Numbered from the stretch's first letter, positions 9,633 to 20,105 are shown. The stretch is 64,000 nucleotides of DNA from an uncultured Actinomycetes bacterium (GCA_963845355.1 CAWJRV010000028.1:1427-65426); one strand, 5' to 3'. The notes: generated by a model from the sequence alone, not told the origin. Translations and numbers: made by a program.

Positions 9633-10628
9633 ATGACCGTCGTCTATCTCCTCGCGGCCCTCGCCATCATCCTGCTGTCCGCCGAGCTGTTCACCAACGG
9701 CATCGAGTGGTTCGGGCGGCGCTTCGAGCTCGGCGAAGGCGCCGTGGGCAGCGTGCTCGCGGCGGTCGGCACGGCGCTGCCCGAGACCCTGATCCCGATC
9801 ATCGCCATCCTGTTCACCCACGCGCCCGACTCCAAGGACATCGGCGTCGGCGCCATCCTGGGCGCTCCCTTCATGCTTTCGAGCCTGACGATGGTCGTCA
9901 CCGGCGCCGCGGTGGTCGTGTTCTTCTGGCGCGGCCGGCGCTCCCTCGACTTCTCGATCAACGAGCCCGTGCTGCGCCGCGACCTGTCGTTTTTCGTAGT
10001 CGCCTACAGCCTCGCCATGATCGCCGGCGCGTTGCCGTTCCATCACCTCAAGTGGATCCTCTCGCCCTGTCTGCTGGCCGGTTACGGCGTCTACGTCTGG
10101 CGCACCATGCGCGTCGGCGGCCTGCTCGAGGGCGAGACCAAGCCGCTCTACTTTCACCCCCACCCCGTCATGCCGCACCGGCGGCGCATCATCCTGCAGG
10201 TCGTGGTGGCGACGCTGGGCATCATCGTCGGGGCGCGCGTCTTCGTGGGCGCGGTGCAGCACGTGAGTGTCTCGCTGGGGCTCGACCCGCTGCTCGTCTC
10301 ACTCATCCTGAGCCCGCTCGCCACCGAGCTACCCGAGAAGTTCAACTCGGTGATCTGGGTACGTCAGGGCAAGGACACGCTGGCGCTGGGCAACATCACG
10401 GGGGCGATGGTGTTCCAGAGCACGTTCCCGGTGTCGATCGGGCTGCTCTTCACGACGTGGCAGCTCACGCGCACCGGTCTCGTCAGCGGCGTGCTGGCGC
10501 TCGTCTCGGGGACCGTCTTCTATATGCAGCTCCGCATCAGGCACAAGCTGACCTGGTTCACGCTGTGCGGGGCCGGCTCGATGTACGCGCTCTACCTGAT
10601 CTACGTGATCTTCATCGCCAAGGCCTGA
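9633..10628 (+). CDS. Sodium/calcium exchanger (CaCA) family membrane protein
   Basis: Two alpha-repeat-like motifs (GSVLAAVGTALPETLIPI and LGNITGAMVFQSTFPVSIG) in a polytopic protein. Confidence 0.75.
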   Translation: MTVVYLLAALAIILLSAELFTNGIEWFGRRFELGEGAVGSVLAAVGTALPETLIPIIAILFTHAPDSKDIGVGAILGAPFMLSSLTMVVTGAAVVVFFWRGRRSLDFSINEPVLRRDLSFFVVAYSLAMIAGALPFHHLKWILSPCLLAGYGVYVWRTMRVGGLLEGETKPLYFHPHPVMPHRRRIILQVVVATLGIIVGARVFVGAVQHVSVSLGLDPLLVSLILSPLATELPEKFNSVIWVRQGKDTLALGNITGAMVFQSTFPVSIGLLFTTWQLTRTGLVSGVLALVSGTVFYMQLRIRHKLTWFTLCGAGSMYALYLIYVIFIAKA

Positions 10629-10754
10629 AGTGCCGGCCGAGGCGCCGACCGAGGCGCCGGCGAGACCGCAGCGAAGTCCCGCGAGGTCCCGCCTGGGCCG
10701 CGCTGAAGGCCCGCCGAGGCGCTCCGGCGAGGGAGCGTGCCGCGGGCTACCTGC

Positions 10755-12698
10755 CTACTTGCCGACCCAGATGGTCACCGTGCTGCCCGACGTCGTGGCC
10801 GTGCCGCTCTTGGGCGACTGGTCGTACACGATGCCCGCGCCCAGCGAGCTCGTACCGTACTTGGGCGGTGCCACCACGAAGCCGTCGTTGGTCAGCAACT
10901 GCTCGGCCGCGGCCAGCGGCATCGTGAGGACGCTGGGCATGGTGATCGGCGTTCCGGTGGGCGAGGGCGTGCCGCTCGGCGAAGGCGAGCCGCTGCTCAC
11001 CACGATGGTCACGGTGCTGCCCTTGTCGACCGTCGTGCCGGCCACGGGATTCTGACTTATCACCTGACCGACGGGCACCGTGGTGCTGGTCTGTTGCGAG
11101 GAAGTGCCGAGCACGAGCCCGACCGCCTGCAGCGCGCTCGCCGCCCCCGACTGATCGAGCCCGGACAGGTCGGGCACGCTCACCTGGGGCGCGCCGCGAC
11201 TGACGTAGTAGCTGACCGTGTCGCCGCGGCTCACGGTGACGCCGGGCAACGGACTCTGCTTGTAGACCTTGCCCTTGGTGATCGTCGCCGACGCGCCCGA
11301 CAGCTGTTTGCCGACCAGGCCGTACTTGACGAGCCAGTTCGCCACGGCAGCGGGCGTCCAGCCCGTGAAGTCGATCAGCGTGGTGGTGGCCGGCCCACGG
11401 CTCACCCAGATGTCGACGGTGCCGCCTTTGGCGAGCTTGGCGCCGCTCGAGGGCTGCTGCCGGGTGACGAGGCCCGCGCCGAACTGGTCGGTGTAATCGT
11501 CGTGGAGCTTGACCGTGAAGCCTGCGCTCTGTAGCTGCGCGGTGGCGGCCGCCTGGGTCTGGCCCACCACCGGGGGCACGGTGCGGGTGGTGTCGCTGAA
11601 GAACGACTTCCAGACCACGACACCGGCGACGGCGGCGATCACGAGAAAGGCGACGAGGGCGATCCAGGGCCACGGCGAGCGTCGGCGGCGCTTACCGGCC
11701 GGCCCACCGGGCGTACGGGCCGCGGCCCCGGCGGCCGCCCCGACGCCGGCCGCGGCGCCCGCCACGGCCGTCCGCGGCAGCACCCGGGTCGTGCCCTCGG
11801 CGCCGCCCGCCGGCGACTGTACGATGGTGCGGTCGAGGCTCGGGTCGTAGCTGGCCGCGAGCAATGGCCCGCCGCTGCGCGCCGCGACCAGGTCGGCGCT
11901 GAATTCGGCGGCGCTGCGGTAGCGGTGATCGGGGTCTTTGGCGAGCGCCTTCAGGACGATCTGATTGAGCGAGTAAGGCGTGCCCGGCACGAGCTCCGCC
12001 GGTTCGGGCGGCTGCTCGTTCACATGCTTCAAGGCCACGGTGACGGCGCTGTCGCCGCGGAAGGGCAAGCCGCCCGTCAGCATCTCGTAGAGTACGACAC
12101 CCACCGAATAGAGGTCGGTGCGCTCGTCGACGGGCTCGCCCTTGGCCTGTTCGGGGGCGAGGTACTGGGCCGTGCCCAGGATGGAGCCGGCCTCGGTCAT
12201 CTGCGAATCGTCGGCTTTGGCGATGCCGAAATCGGTGACCTTCACCGTGCCGGCCGCGTCGATCAGGATGTTCTGGGACTTGATGTCGCGATGCACGATG
12301 TGAGCGCCGTGGGCCACCTGGACGGCCGCCAGCAGCTCGAGCGTGACGCGCACCGCCTCGCCCGGCGAGCAGCGGCCTTCGCGGCGGATGCGGTCTTTGA
12401 GCGTCTCGCCCTCGACATACTCCATGACGATGTAATAGGTGCCGTCGACCGGACCCCAATCGTAGATGTTGACGATGTTGGGGTGGTTGATGCTGGCGGC
12501 GGCCTGGGCTTCGCGGCGGAAGCGCTCGACGAACTGGGCGTCGCCCGAGTAACGGCTCAGCAGCACCTTGACCGCCACCTGGCGGCCGAGCGTAGCGTCT
12601 TCGGCGAGATAGACGTCGGCCATGCCGCCCACGCCGAGACGGCGCAGGACGCGGTAGCGGCCGGCGATCACCTGTCCGTTGTCGAATCCGTCGGTCAC
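10755..12698 (-). CDS. pknB: Ser/Thr protein kinase with four PASTA repeats
   Basis: GVGGMADVYLA, HRDIKSQNIL and DFGIAK motifs, one TM helix, then four C-terminal PASTA-like repeats. It is the last gene of the fhaA operon. Confidence 0.9.
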   Translation of the reverse strand: MTDGFDNGQVIAGRYRVLRRLGVGGMADVYLAEDATLGRQVAVKVLLSRYSGDAQFVERFRREAQAAASINHPNIVNIYDWGPVDGTYYIVMEYVEGETLKDRIRREGRCSPGEAVRVTLELLAAVQVAHGAHIVHRDIKSQNILIDAAGTVKVTDFGIAKADDSQMTEAGSILGTAQYLAPEQAKGEPVDERTDLYSVGVVLYEMLTGGLPFRGDSAVTVALKHVNEQPPEPAELVPGTPYSLNQIVLKALAKDPDHRYRSAAEFSADLVAARSGGPLLAASYDPSLDRTIVQSPAGGAEGTTRVLPRTAVAGAAAGVGAAAGAAARTPGGPAGKRRRRSPWPWIALVAFLVIAAVAGVVVWKSFFSDTTRTVPPVVGQTQAAATAQLQSAGFTVKLHDDYTDQFGAGLVTRQQPSSGAKLAKGGTVDIWVSRGPATTTLIDFTGWTPAAVANWLVKYGLVGKQLSGASATITKGKVYKQSPLPGVTVSRGDTVSYYVSRGAPQVSVPDLSGLDQSGAASALQAVGLVLGTSSQQTSTTVPVGQVISQNPVAGTTVDKGSTVTIVVSSGSPSPSGTPSPTGTPITMPSVLTMPLAAAEQLLTNDGFVVAPPKYGTSSLGAGIVYDQSPKSGTATTSGSTVTIWVGK

Positions 12699-12749
12699 AA
12701 GCTCCTCACCGTCACGTTACCACACTCCCCCCTCGACTCCTGCCCGGCC

Positions 12750-14180
12750 TCATGGCAGGGCGGGCTGCGCCAAAGCGGCTTTGATGACCTGGGCAGCGAG
12801 CGGCGCCGCCACGTCGCCGCCCGTGAACAAGGTGTTCTCGATGGTGACCGCCACGGCCACCTTGGGGTCGTTTGCCGGGGCGAAGGCGATGAACCAGGCG
12901 ACGTTGCTCGCGCCGCGTTGCGCCGTGCCGGTCTTGCCGGCGACCTGGATGCCCGTCAGGGCGGCCGCCGTGCCCGTCCCGGCATTGACGACCTGCTGCA
13001 TCATGACGTTCAGCGTCTGCGCCGTGGCGGGGCTCGTGGCGGTCGTCCAGAGGCTCGGTGAGGCCTGCTGGAGCACGGTGCCGCTGCTGCTCGTGACGCG
13101 CTGTACGAGGTAGGGCTTCATGACCTGGCCGGCGTCGGCCACACCCGCCGCGACCAGCGCCATCTGTAGCGGCGTGGCCAGCACCGCCTCTTGCCCGACC
13201 GCCGCCCAGGCCACGTCGAGCGGGTTCATCGCAGCCGTGGTCGGCAGCAGCCTGGAGCCGCTGTAGCGGCCACTCGGGTAGACCATGCCGAGCGGCAGCT
13301 CGAGCGGCGGCCTCTGGTAGAAGCCGTAGGCCTTCATCTGCGCGACCAGGGCCTGCTGACCGAGCAGCGTGCCCACCTTGGCGAAGGTGGTGTTGATGGA
13401 GTCGGTCAGCGCCTTGGTGAAGTCGTGAACGCCGAACACCTCGCCGTGATAGTTGGTCACCTTGCCGCCGTAGATCTGGTAGACGCCGGTGTCGTCGAAG
13501 GGCGTCGTCGGGGTGACTTTGCCGAGATTGAGGGCAGCGGTGGCGGTCACCACCTTGAACGACGAGCCCGGCGGGTAAAGGCCCTGCGTCACGCGCGACA
13601 GCAGCGGCGCGCCGGGCCTCTTGATGAGAGCCGGGAAGGTCGTGTCGATGTGCGCCGGATCGTAGCTCGGCGTCGAGGCGGCCGCGATGATCGCGCCGGT
13701 GGTCGGATCGAGCGCCACGATCGCGCCGACCTGAGCCCCCAGGGCGCTCTGGGCCACCTTCTGCACGGCGGGTACGATGGTGAGCCTGACGTTCGCGCCC
13801 GGAGTACGACGACCGAGCAGCCGGTCGATCAGACCCTGCGTGCCGGCGTGGGAGCCGTTCAGGTAGCCGTTCATCGAGGCCTCGATGCCCGCCTGGCCGT
13901 AGCGCGCGCTGTCGTAGCCCACGATCTGGGGCGCGACCGGCCCCTGGGGATAGGTGCGGTAGTAAAAGCCCGAGCGGCGAGCGTCGCCGGCGATGGTCGA
14001 GCCGTCGAAGCCCAGAATGAGCCCGCGCTTGACCCGCAGCTGCTGGGCCGCGACGCGATGGTTCTCGGGCGCCCGGCGCAGGCTGCCGGCGTGGATCACC
14101 TGGATCCAGACGACGTTGGCCATGAGGGCCACCATGAGCACGACCCCGCAGACGAACACGCGACTGATGGCGCGATCCAC
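12750..14180 (-). CDS. pbpA: Penicillin-binding protein A (class B transpeptidase)
   Basis: SSFK (SxxK), SIN (SxN) and KTGTA motifs. GTG start sits 9 nt after the rodA stop with a GGGAGGGG ribosome-binding site. Confidence 0.9.
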   Translation of the reverse strand: MDRAISRVFVCGVVLMVALMANVVWIQVIHAGSLRRAPENHRVAAQQLRVKRGLILGFDGSTIAGDARRSGFYYRTYPQGPVAPQIVGYDSARYGQAGIEASMNGYLNGSHAGTQGLIDRLLGRRTPGANVRLTIVPAVQKVAQSALGAQVGAIVALDPTTGAIIAAASTPSYDPAHIDTTFPALIKRPGAPLLSRVTQGLYPPGSSFKVVTATAALNLGKVTPTTPFDDTGVYQIYGGKVTNYHGEVFGVHDFTKALTDSINTTFAKVGTLLGQQALVAQMKAYGFYQRPPLELPLGMVYPSGRYSGSRLLPTTAAMNPLDVAWAAVGQEAVLATPLQMALVAAGVADAGQVMKPYLVQRVTSSSGTVLQQASPSLWTTATSPATAQTLNVMMQQVVNAGTGTAAALTGIQVAGKTGTAQRGASNVAWFIAFAPANDPKVAVAVTIENTLFTGGDVAAPLAAQVIKAALAQPALP

Positions 14181-14189
14181 CGCCCCTCC

Positions 14190-15509
14190 CTACGCCAGCT
14201 CCGCAAGGCGGAGTCGTTCGGTCGTGCTGCCCGCCTCGACCACCGCGCTGCGGTGCGAGACCATGAGCAGCAGGGCGACGAGCACCAGGTTGGCAGTCAG
14301 CGAGCTGCCGCCGTAGCTCACGAACGGCAGCGTGATGCCGGTCAGCGGGATGAGACGGGTGACGCCGCCGACGATGATGAAGCTCTGCAGCCCGAACACG
14401 GTCGCAAGGCCCGCCGCCAGCAGTTTCGAGAAGCCGTCCGTGGCCTGCAGGGCTATGTGAAAGCCGCGCCAGGCGAAGAGCAGGTACAGCAGGATCAGGC
14501 CGATCGCGCCGACCAGGCCGAGCTCGTTGGCCACGGCGCTGAAGATGAAGTCGGTCTGCAGGTCGGGCACGGTCGGCACGTGGTTTGCGTAGAGCAGGTA
14601 GCCGCGCCCGAAGCCGGCCCCGAGCAGGCCGCCGTCGGCCATCGCGAACAGCGACTGCAGAAGCTGGTAGCCGCTGGTCGAAGCGGTCTTCCAGGGGTCG
14701 AGCCAAATGGCGAACCGCTCGTGGACGTGGGCGACGAGCTGAGCGCCGGCGGCGCCGGCCACGAACAGGGCGGCGCCCGTGACCACGTAGGCGATCCGCG
14801 TCGTGGCCATGTAGGTCATGGCGATGAAGGTCGTGAGGAACAGCAGCGACATGCCGAAATCCTTCATGACGACGAGCATGAGCAGCGACAGGATCCACAT
14901 GAGAAGCAGCGGGCCGAAGTACTTGAGGGGCGGCACGTGCAGGCCCAGCAGGCGCCCTGTGGGCACAGAGAGCATCTCCTTGTTCTGGTCGAGATAGCCG
15001 GCCAGAAAGACGACGACGGCGAGCTTGGCGAACTCCGACGGCTGGATCGAGAAGCCGGCCACGCGGATCCACAGGCGAGCGCCGTTGACGCTGGTGCCGA
15101 CGACGAACGTTAGCGCCAGCAGGAACAGTCCGACCGCCCCGATGACATACCGGTAGGTCTCGAGGCGGCGGTCGTCGCGCACCACGAGCACCGTCGCCAC
15201 GAAGAGCGCCACGCCGATCGCCAGCCACTCGCCCTGCTTGAGGGCGAGCGCCGGCGCGATGCGGTAGATCTCGGTGAGCCCGATCGAGCTGAGCAGGGCG
15301 GCGAGCGGCACCAGATAGGGGTCGGCCTGCGACAGATACCGGCGCTCGGTCAGGTGGATGACCAGGAAGAGCACGACGAAGATCAGGCCGGTGACGATCG
15401 AGTCGCGGCTGATCTCGTGGAAGCGCGCCGCGTAGACCGACACGTAGGCGATCGTGGCCGCGACGCCCACCAGGGCGAGCAGCCAGGCTTCGGTCGCGCG
15501 GCGGCTCAC
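14190..15509 (-). CDS. rodA: SEDS-family peptidoglycan polymerase FtsW/RodA
   Basis: Polytopic protein with GFSIQPSEFAKL. GTG 15509 overlaps the pstP stop as GTGA. The upstream part of the 531-aa track ORF is out-of-gene filler. Confidence 0.85.
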   Translation of the reverse strand: MSRRATEAWLLALVGVAATIAYVSVYAARFHEISRDSIVTGLIFVVLFLVIHLTERRYLSQADPYLVPLAALLSSIGLTEIYRIAPALALKQGEWLAIGVALFVATVLVVRDDRRLETYRYVIGAVGLFLLALTFVVGTSVNGARLWIRVAGFSIQPSEFAKLAVVVFLAGYLDQNKEMLSVPTGRLLGLHVPPLKYFGPLLLMWILSLLMLVVMKDFGMSLLFLTTFIAMTYMATTRIAYVVTGAALFVAGAAGAQLVAHVHERFAIWLDPWKTASTSGYQLLQSLFAMADGGLLGAGFGRGYLLYANHVPTVPDLQTDFIFSAVANELGLVGAIGLILLYLLFAWRGFHIALQATDGFSKLLAAGLATVFGLQSFIIVGGVTRLIPLTGITLPFVSYGGSSLTANLVLVALLLMVSHRSAVVEAGSTTERLRLAELA

Positions 15510-16837
15510 GGCACGCCCTGCGCCTGGCGCTCCAGGGCGAGCGCCGCCTGCTTGCGATGCAGGTCGTGGCGCTCGATGCGTGCGAGCACGCTGGGCGCCA
15601 CCGTAGCGAGGGGCGTCGTAGTCTGCAGATAGAGGCTGTTCAACCGCAGCCCGCCGACCTGCAAGGGCAGGCCGTGGTACACGCTCACCATGCCGTCGTG
15701 GTCGCCGACGAAGTAGACCGTGTTGCCGACGGCGCCGCCCACAAGACAGACGAGCACGAGCACGCTCACCGCGACGACGAACCACAGCCGGCGCCGGCGG
15801 CGGCGCGGCGCGGCGCCGGTGACCGGCTCGTCGGCCGGCGGCGGCACATCGGCCGCCTCGCCGGCCGTGCCCGGCGCAGCGGGGGTCGTGTCATCGGCGG
15901 GATCCGGCGGGGCGTCGTCGGGCGGCTGGCCGACCGCGGGCGGGGCGCCGTCGGGCGGCTCGCGGACCTCCGGCGGGGCGTCGGCGACAGGCTCGTCGAC
16001 CACGGGCAGCGCGGCGGTCGCGGCTTCGGCGACAGGCTGGCCGACCGCGGGCAGCATGCCGGTCGCCGCCTCATCGAGCGCGGGCAATGCGGCGGTCGCG
16101 GCTTCGGCGCCGGCTGTCTCGGATGCGGGCGCCACGACCTCGTCCAAGCGCAACACGACGACCGTGATGTTGTCGTGGCCACCTTCGTTTTTGGCTTCGC
16201 GCACGAGCTGGCGGGCGATGCGGCCGGGGTCGTCGACCGCCGCCAGGATGGCGGCCATAGTGGTCTCAGAGATCATCGAATAGAGCCCGTCGCTGCACAG
16301 CAGAACCGTGTCGCCGGCCCGCAGCTCGAGCTCGCCGGAGTCGATCTCGACGGAGGGTTCGGTGCCCAGGGCGCGGCTCAGGATGCTGCGTTGCGGGTGG
16401 TTCTGGGCGGCCTCGCGCGTGAGGTGACCCTCGCGCAGCATCTCGCCGACCAGCGAGTGATCGTCGGTCACCTGCACGAGGGTCTCGTCGCGCCACAGAT
16501 ACAGGCGGCTGTCGCCGACGTGGGCGAACTCGAGGCGGTCGTCGCCCAGCAGGATGGCGGTCAGGGTGGTGCCCATGCCGGCCTGCGCCCGGTCGGCTCG
16601 CGATCGTTCGTAGACGCGCTCGTTGGCGGCCTGCGCGGCCTCGTGCAGCGCGATATCGGCGGCGAGGGCGGCGGCCATGGTCTCGAGGGCAAGCTGCGAG
16701 GCTACCTCGCCGGCCCGCGCCCCGCCCATGCCGTCGGCCACCGCGTAGAGCGGCGGTGCGGCGATGTAGGCGTCTTCGTTTCCCGACCGGTGCAGGCCGA
16801 TGTCGGTCAGCGCCGCGTGTCGGGCGGCTAGGCGCAT
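15506..16837 (-). CDS. pstP: PP2C Ser/Thr phosphatase with Pro/Ala-rich linker and TM anchor
   Basis: TDIGLHRSGNEDAY, ADGMGG and LLCSDGL motifs. C-terminal TM segment LWFVVAVSVLVLVCLVGGAV. Confidence 0.9.
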   Translation of the reverse strand: MRLAARHAALTDIGLHRSGNEDAYIAAPPLYAVADGMGGARAGEVASQLALETMAAALAADIALHEAAQAANERVYERSRADRAQAGMGTTLTAILLGDDRLEFAHVGDSRLYLWRDETLVQVTDDHSLVGEMLREGHLTREAAQNHPQRSILSRALGTEPSVEIDSGELELRAGDTVLLCSDGLYSMISETTMAAILAAVDDPGRIARQLVREAKNEGGHDNITVVVLRLDEVVAPASETAGAEAATAALPALDEAATGMLPAVGQPVAEAATAALPVVDEPVADAPPEVREPPDGAPPAVGQPPDDAPPDPADDTTPAAPGTAGEAADVPPPADEPVTGAAPRRRRRRLWFVVAVSVLVLVCLVGGAVGNTVYFVGDHDGMVSVYHGLPLQVGGLRLNSLYLQTTTPLATVAPSVLARIERHDLHRKQAALALERQAQGVP

Positions 16838-16844
16838 GCGACGA

Positions 16845-17423
16845 TCACTCCTCGTAGCGGAAGATCGTCTCGCCGATGCGCACTTCGGTGTCGAGAAGGA
16901 GCTGTGCCTCGACCACCTCGCGTCCGTTCACGAAGGTGCCGTTGGTGCTGCCCAGGTCCTCGACGAAATGGAGCTGGCCGCGCGGCACCACACGGGCGTG
17001 AGTCTGCGAGACGAAGGGGTCGTCGAGCACCAGATCGCTCGCCGGCGAGCGCCCGATCATGATCCAGCCCTCGAGCTTGACCTCGGTGCCGACCGCCAGC
17101 ACGGGGCTGGACTCGACCACGAGCCGGGGATCGATGTTGGCCATGAGGTCGAGCGACTCGCCGGGCATGGTGCGCTCGACGTGGCGCTGCTTGCGGCGCT
17201 GACGACGCTCCGCCGGTGTCGCTTCGGGCACGCTGGGAACAGCCGACACGACGGGAGCGGGCGGCGGAGTGGCCGGCGCCGGCCGCGCCTTGGGCGGCTC
17301 GGGCGCCGGCCGTTGAACGGGGCCCGAGACGTCGCGCACGGTGCGGCGCACGACGAAGGCGACGAAGGCGAACAGCAAGACGAGGAAGGCGATCTTGAGA
17401 ACGAGGAGGACGACGTCTAGCAC
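16845..17423 (-). CDS. fhaB: FHA-domain protein FhaB/FipA-like
   Basis: GTG 17423 overlaps the fhaA stop. N-terminal TM helix and C-terminal FHA domain (IGRSPASDLVLDDPFVSQTHARV...STNGTFVNG). Confidence 0.8.
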   Translation of the reverse strand: MLDVVLLVLKIAFLVLLFAFVAFVVRRTVRDVSGPVQRPAPEPPKARPAPATPPPAPVVSAVPSVPEATPAERRQRRKQRHVERTMPGESLDLMANIDPRLVVESSPVLAVGTEVKLEGWIMIGRSPASDLVLDDPFVSQTHARVVPRGQLHFVEDLGSTNGTFVNGREVVEAQLLLDTEVRIGETIFRYEE

Positions 17424-18202
17424 GGCTGCCTCTCGAAGCGCAGGCCCGTGGTGCCGAGCTGCACCTGATCGCCGTCGGCGAGCGCGGCGCGTTTCACCTC
17501 CCGCCCGTTCACCGTGAGACCGTTGGTGGAATCGAGGTCGACCAGGACGTAGTCGTCGCCCTCGCGCCGCACCTCGGCGTGGCGGCGCGACACGTTCGGG
17601 TCGTTTATGACGACGTCGCACTGCCGGCTGCGGCCGAGCACCGTGGCCGGCGCGTCGAGCTTGTAGATGCGCTCGCCCCGCACCAGCACGCCGCACAGGG
17701 CAGGCCCCGGCGGCGGCGCGGCGGCGGCCGGCGGCGGTTGAAAGACGATCGTCTGAGAGAGGCCCGCGGGCGGCTTGGCGACCGTGCCGACGGGCGGCGC
17801 CACCAGCTCGACGGCCGCCTCGCTGGGAGCCGTCTGAGCGCTCATGCGCGTGGCGATGCCGAACTCTCCGAGGGCGAGATCGGCGTCTGAGAGCAACGTG
17901 ATGCGGGGGGTGGCGACCAGCGTCCAGCTCTCACGGTTGGCATAGGCCACGAGGTAGCTCGCCAGGTCTTCGACGAGCGGACCCTCGAAGGAGCTCAACT
18001 GCTCGTAGTCGCCCGGCGAGAGGTAGACCTCGTACTCGTTGGGCACATAGACGCGCGACACGCTGACCGTCTTGTGGTCGCTCATCTCCTTGGCCAGCTT
18101 GTGAGCCAGCTCGACCGGTTGCACGCTGGACTTGAAGGCGCGGCCGAAGATGCCCTCGACCATCTTCTCCATGTGCTTTTCGATCGACTTGAGTACGTTC
18201 AA
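17417..18202 (-). CDS. fhaA: FhaA (DUF3662-like N-terminal domain + FHA)
   Basis: TTG start 6 nt after AAGGAG. N-terminus FGRAFKSSVQPVELAHKL. C-terminal FHA domain (LGRSRQCDVVINDPNVSRRHAEV...STNGLTVNG). Confidence 0.85.
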   Translation of the reverse strand: MNVLKSIEKHMEKMVEGIFGRAFKSSVQPVELAHKLAKEMSDHKTVSVSRVYVPNEYEVYLSPGDYEQLSSFEGPLVEDLASYLVAYANRESWTLVATPRITLLSDADLALGEFGIATRMSAQTAPSEAAVELVAPPVGTVAKPPAGLSQTIVFQPPPAAAAPPPGPALCGVLVRGERIYKLDAPATVLGRSRQCDVVINDPNVSRRHAEVRREGDDYVLVDLDSTNGLTVNGREVKRAALADGDQVQLGTTGLRFERQPC

Positions 18203-18398
18203 CGACCGCTCCTTGCGCGTTCGTGGGTGGCGCTGCCTGCGCGAGGCAAAAGACTACCACACGTTTGTGCCCGGCGGACGCCCCCGGCAGGCCCGCGGCC
18301 GAGCCTCCCCAGGCCGCCGGACGAGCCTCGGCGGGCGTCCGTGCGAGCCTCGGCAGCCGCGCCTTCGCGAAGGTCGCCGGCCCAACGCCGGGCGTGCT

Positions 18399-20105
18399 CT
18401 AGGCGTCGTCCCAGATGGGGTCGCCGGCGGGGACCTCGGCGGCCAGGCGGTCCGGCCGAACCAGCGCCAGCACGGCGCCGCAGCCGAAGGCCGCCACGAC
18501 GACGTTGGCCAGCAGCTCGTCGGTACCGGCGGGCGGCCGCCAGGCCGGCGTCGGCAGCGCGCGCCCGAGGATATAGAAGGTCGAGAAGGCCACAGACCAC
18601 AGCCAGAGGCGCGCTTCGAGGCGTCCCAGTCGCAACGCCACCGCCAGCGCCAGCGCGAGCGCCGCGCACAGCGCCGCCTGGGCGAGGCAGGGCCAGCTCA
18701 CGACCGCGCGGCCCACCACGACAAGCGCCGTGGCGGGGTTGCCGGCCGCTTCGAGACGCCCGGCCAGTCCGCGCGACGCCGCAAATCCGGCGAACGCGGT
18801 ACGCGCCGGCGCAGCCAGCGCCAGGACGAGGTAGGTCACGACGGCCGTCCAGGCGGCGACGAAGGGGGCGCGGCGGCGGCCGAAGGCCGCCGCCGCGCAC
18901 ACGGCCAGCAGCGTGCCCGACAGCGGCGCCAGAAGCAGGGCCAGGGCAGGCCAGACGCACATGAGCGGCCGGCGCCGAAAGACGATGAAGACGACCACCG
19001 CGACAGGCAGGTAGGCGAGGCCGGCGGACAGCGAGACGTTGAACAGCGGAAACGCGGCCGCGCCCAACGCGAAGGCCAGCCCGACACGCGGCGCGACGAG
19101 CCAGATGAGCGCCGCCGCCAGGGCCACCGGCAGCGTCCAGCCGGGCGGGTAGGCGGGCAGGCGCGCGAGCAACGCCGCCAGCGACGCGCCCACGAGGGCC
19201 GCCCCGAGGCCGCGCTGAACGATCACGTCGAGGCGTCGCAGAGGAGCGAGGAGACGCCGCGGATGAAGCCGGTGGCGACCGCCGAGCCTCGCCGACACGC
19301 CGCGCAGCGCCTCGGCCGTCTCGACCGCCGAGGGCCGCTCGCCGGCGCGCAGGCTGCAAGCGGCGGCCACCGCGTCGCACAGCTCGCGCGGCAGGTCGGG
19401 GCGCACCTGCTCGAGCGGCGCGATGCGGCCGGCGAGGATGTTGCCGACCGTCTCGCCGGCCGAGGCCCCGCGCACGGGGTTCTCGCCGGCCAGCAGCTCG
19501 TAGAGCAGCAGGCCGGCGGAGTAGACGTCGGTCGGCGGACCGACCCGGCGGCCGGCGGCCTGCTCGGGCGACATGTAGGCGACCGTGCCGAGTAGCTCGC
19601 CTTCGGCGGTCAGCGTGTCGGCGTCGGCCAGGCGCGCGATGCCGAAGTCCATCACCTTGATGACGCCCTGGTGGTCGACCATCACGTTCTGCGGCTTGAT
19701 GTCGCGGTGCACGACGCCCCGGGCGTGGGCGTAGGCGAGGGCTTCGCAGAGCTGGGCGACGGCCAGCACCGCCTCGTCGTCGCGCAGCTCGCCGACGAGC
19801 TGCGCCAGCGACTCGCCGCGCACCAGCTCCCAGACGAGGAAGCTGCGACGACCGTCGGAGAAGAAGTCGAGCAGAGCGACGATGTCGGGATGGTCGAGCG
19901 CCCTGGCGGCTTCGACCTCGCGCACCACGCGACCGGCGAGCGCGGCGCGTTCGTCGACCACCTTGAGAGCCACGTCGTGGCCCGACTCGAGATCGACCGC
20001 CTCGTAGACGTCGGCGGAGCCGCCCGAGCCGATCTTGCCGACGATCTCATAGCGTTCACGCCAGTCGGTGACGACGGGCGTGCGGTCATACGACGATGCG
20101 GGCAC
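18399..20105 (-). CDS. Ser/Thr protein kinase fused to a polytopic membrane domain
   Basis: GSGGSADVYEA, HRDIKPQNVM and DFGIARL motifs, then ~8-10 hydrophobic segments. GTG 20105 lies 11 nt after AGGAGG; the track start is TTG 20129. Confidence 0.8.
   Translation of the reverse strand: MPASSYDRTPVVTDWRERYEIVGKIGSGGSADVYEAVDLESGHDVALKVVDERAALAGRVVREVEAARALDHPDIVALLDFFSDGRRSFLVWELVRGESLAQLVGELRDDEAVLAVAQLCEALAYAHARGVVHRDIKPQNVMVDHQGVIKVMDFGIARLADADTLTAEGELLGTVAYMSPEQAAGRRVGPPTDVYSAGLLLYELLAGENPVRGASAGETVGNILAGRIAPLEQVRPDLPRELCDAVAAACSLRAGERPSAVETAEALRGVSARLGGRHRLHPRRLLAPLRRLDVIVQRGLGAALVGASLAALLARLPAYPPGWTLPVALAAALIWLVAPRVGLAFALGAAAFPLFNVSLSAGLAYLPVAVVVFIVFRRRPLMCVWPALALLLAPLSGTLLAVCAAAAFGRRRAPFVAAWTAVVTYLVLALAAPARTAFAGFAASRGLAGRLEAAGNPATALVVVGRAVVSWPCLAQAALCAALALALAVALRLGRLEARLWLWSVAFSTFYILGRALPTPAWRPPAGTDELLANVVVAAFGCGAVLALVRPDRLAAEVPAGDPIWDDA

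Noticed and set aside
12712-15228. 838-aa minus-strand ORF and the 640-aa plus-strand ORF 13191-15113
   Set aside because: They are alternative-frame or antisense shadows of pbpA and rodA, with extreme Arg/Gly/Pro content and no motifs.
18132-19595. Long Arg-rich ORFs (18074-18964, 18132-19595, 18199-19380)
   Set aside because: They are shadows of the second kinase gene. Their composition is incompatible with real proteins, and the kinase frame explains the region.
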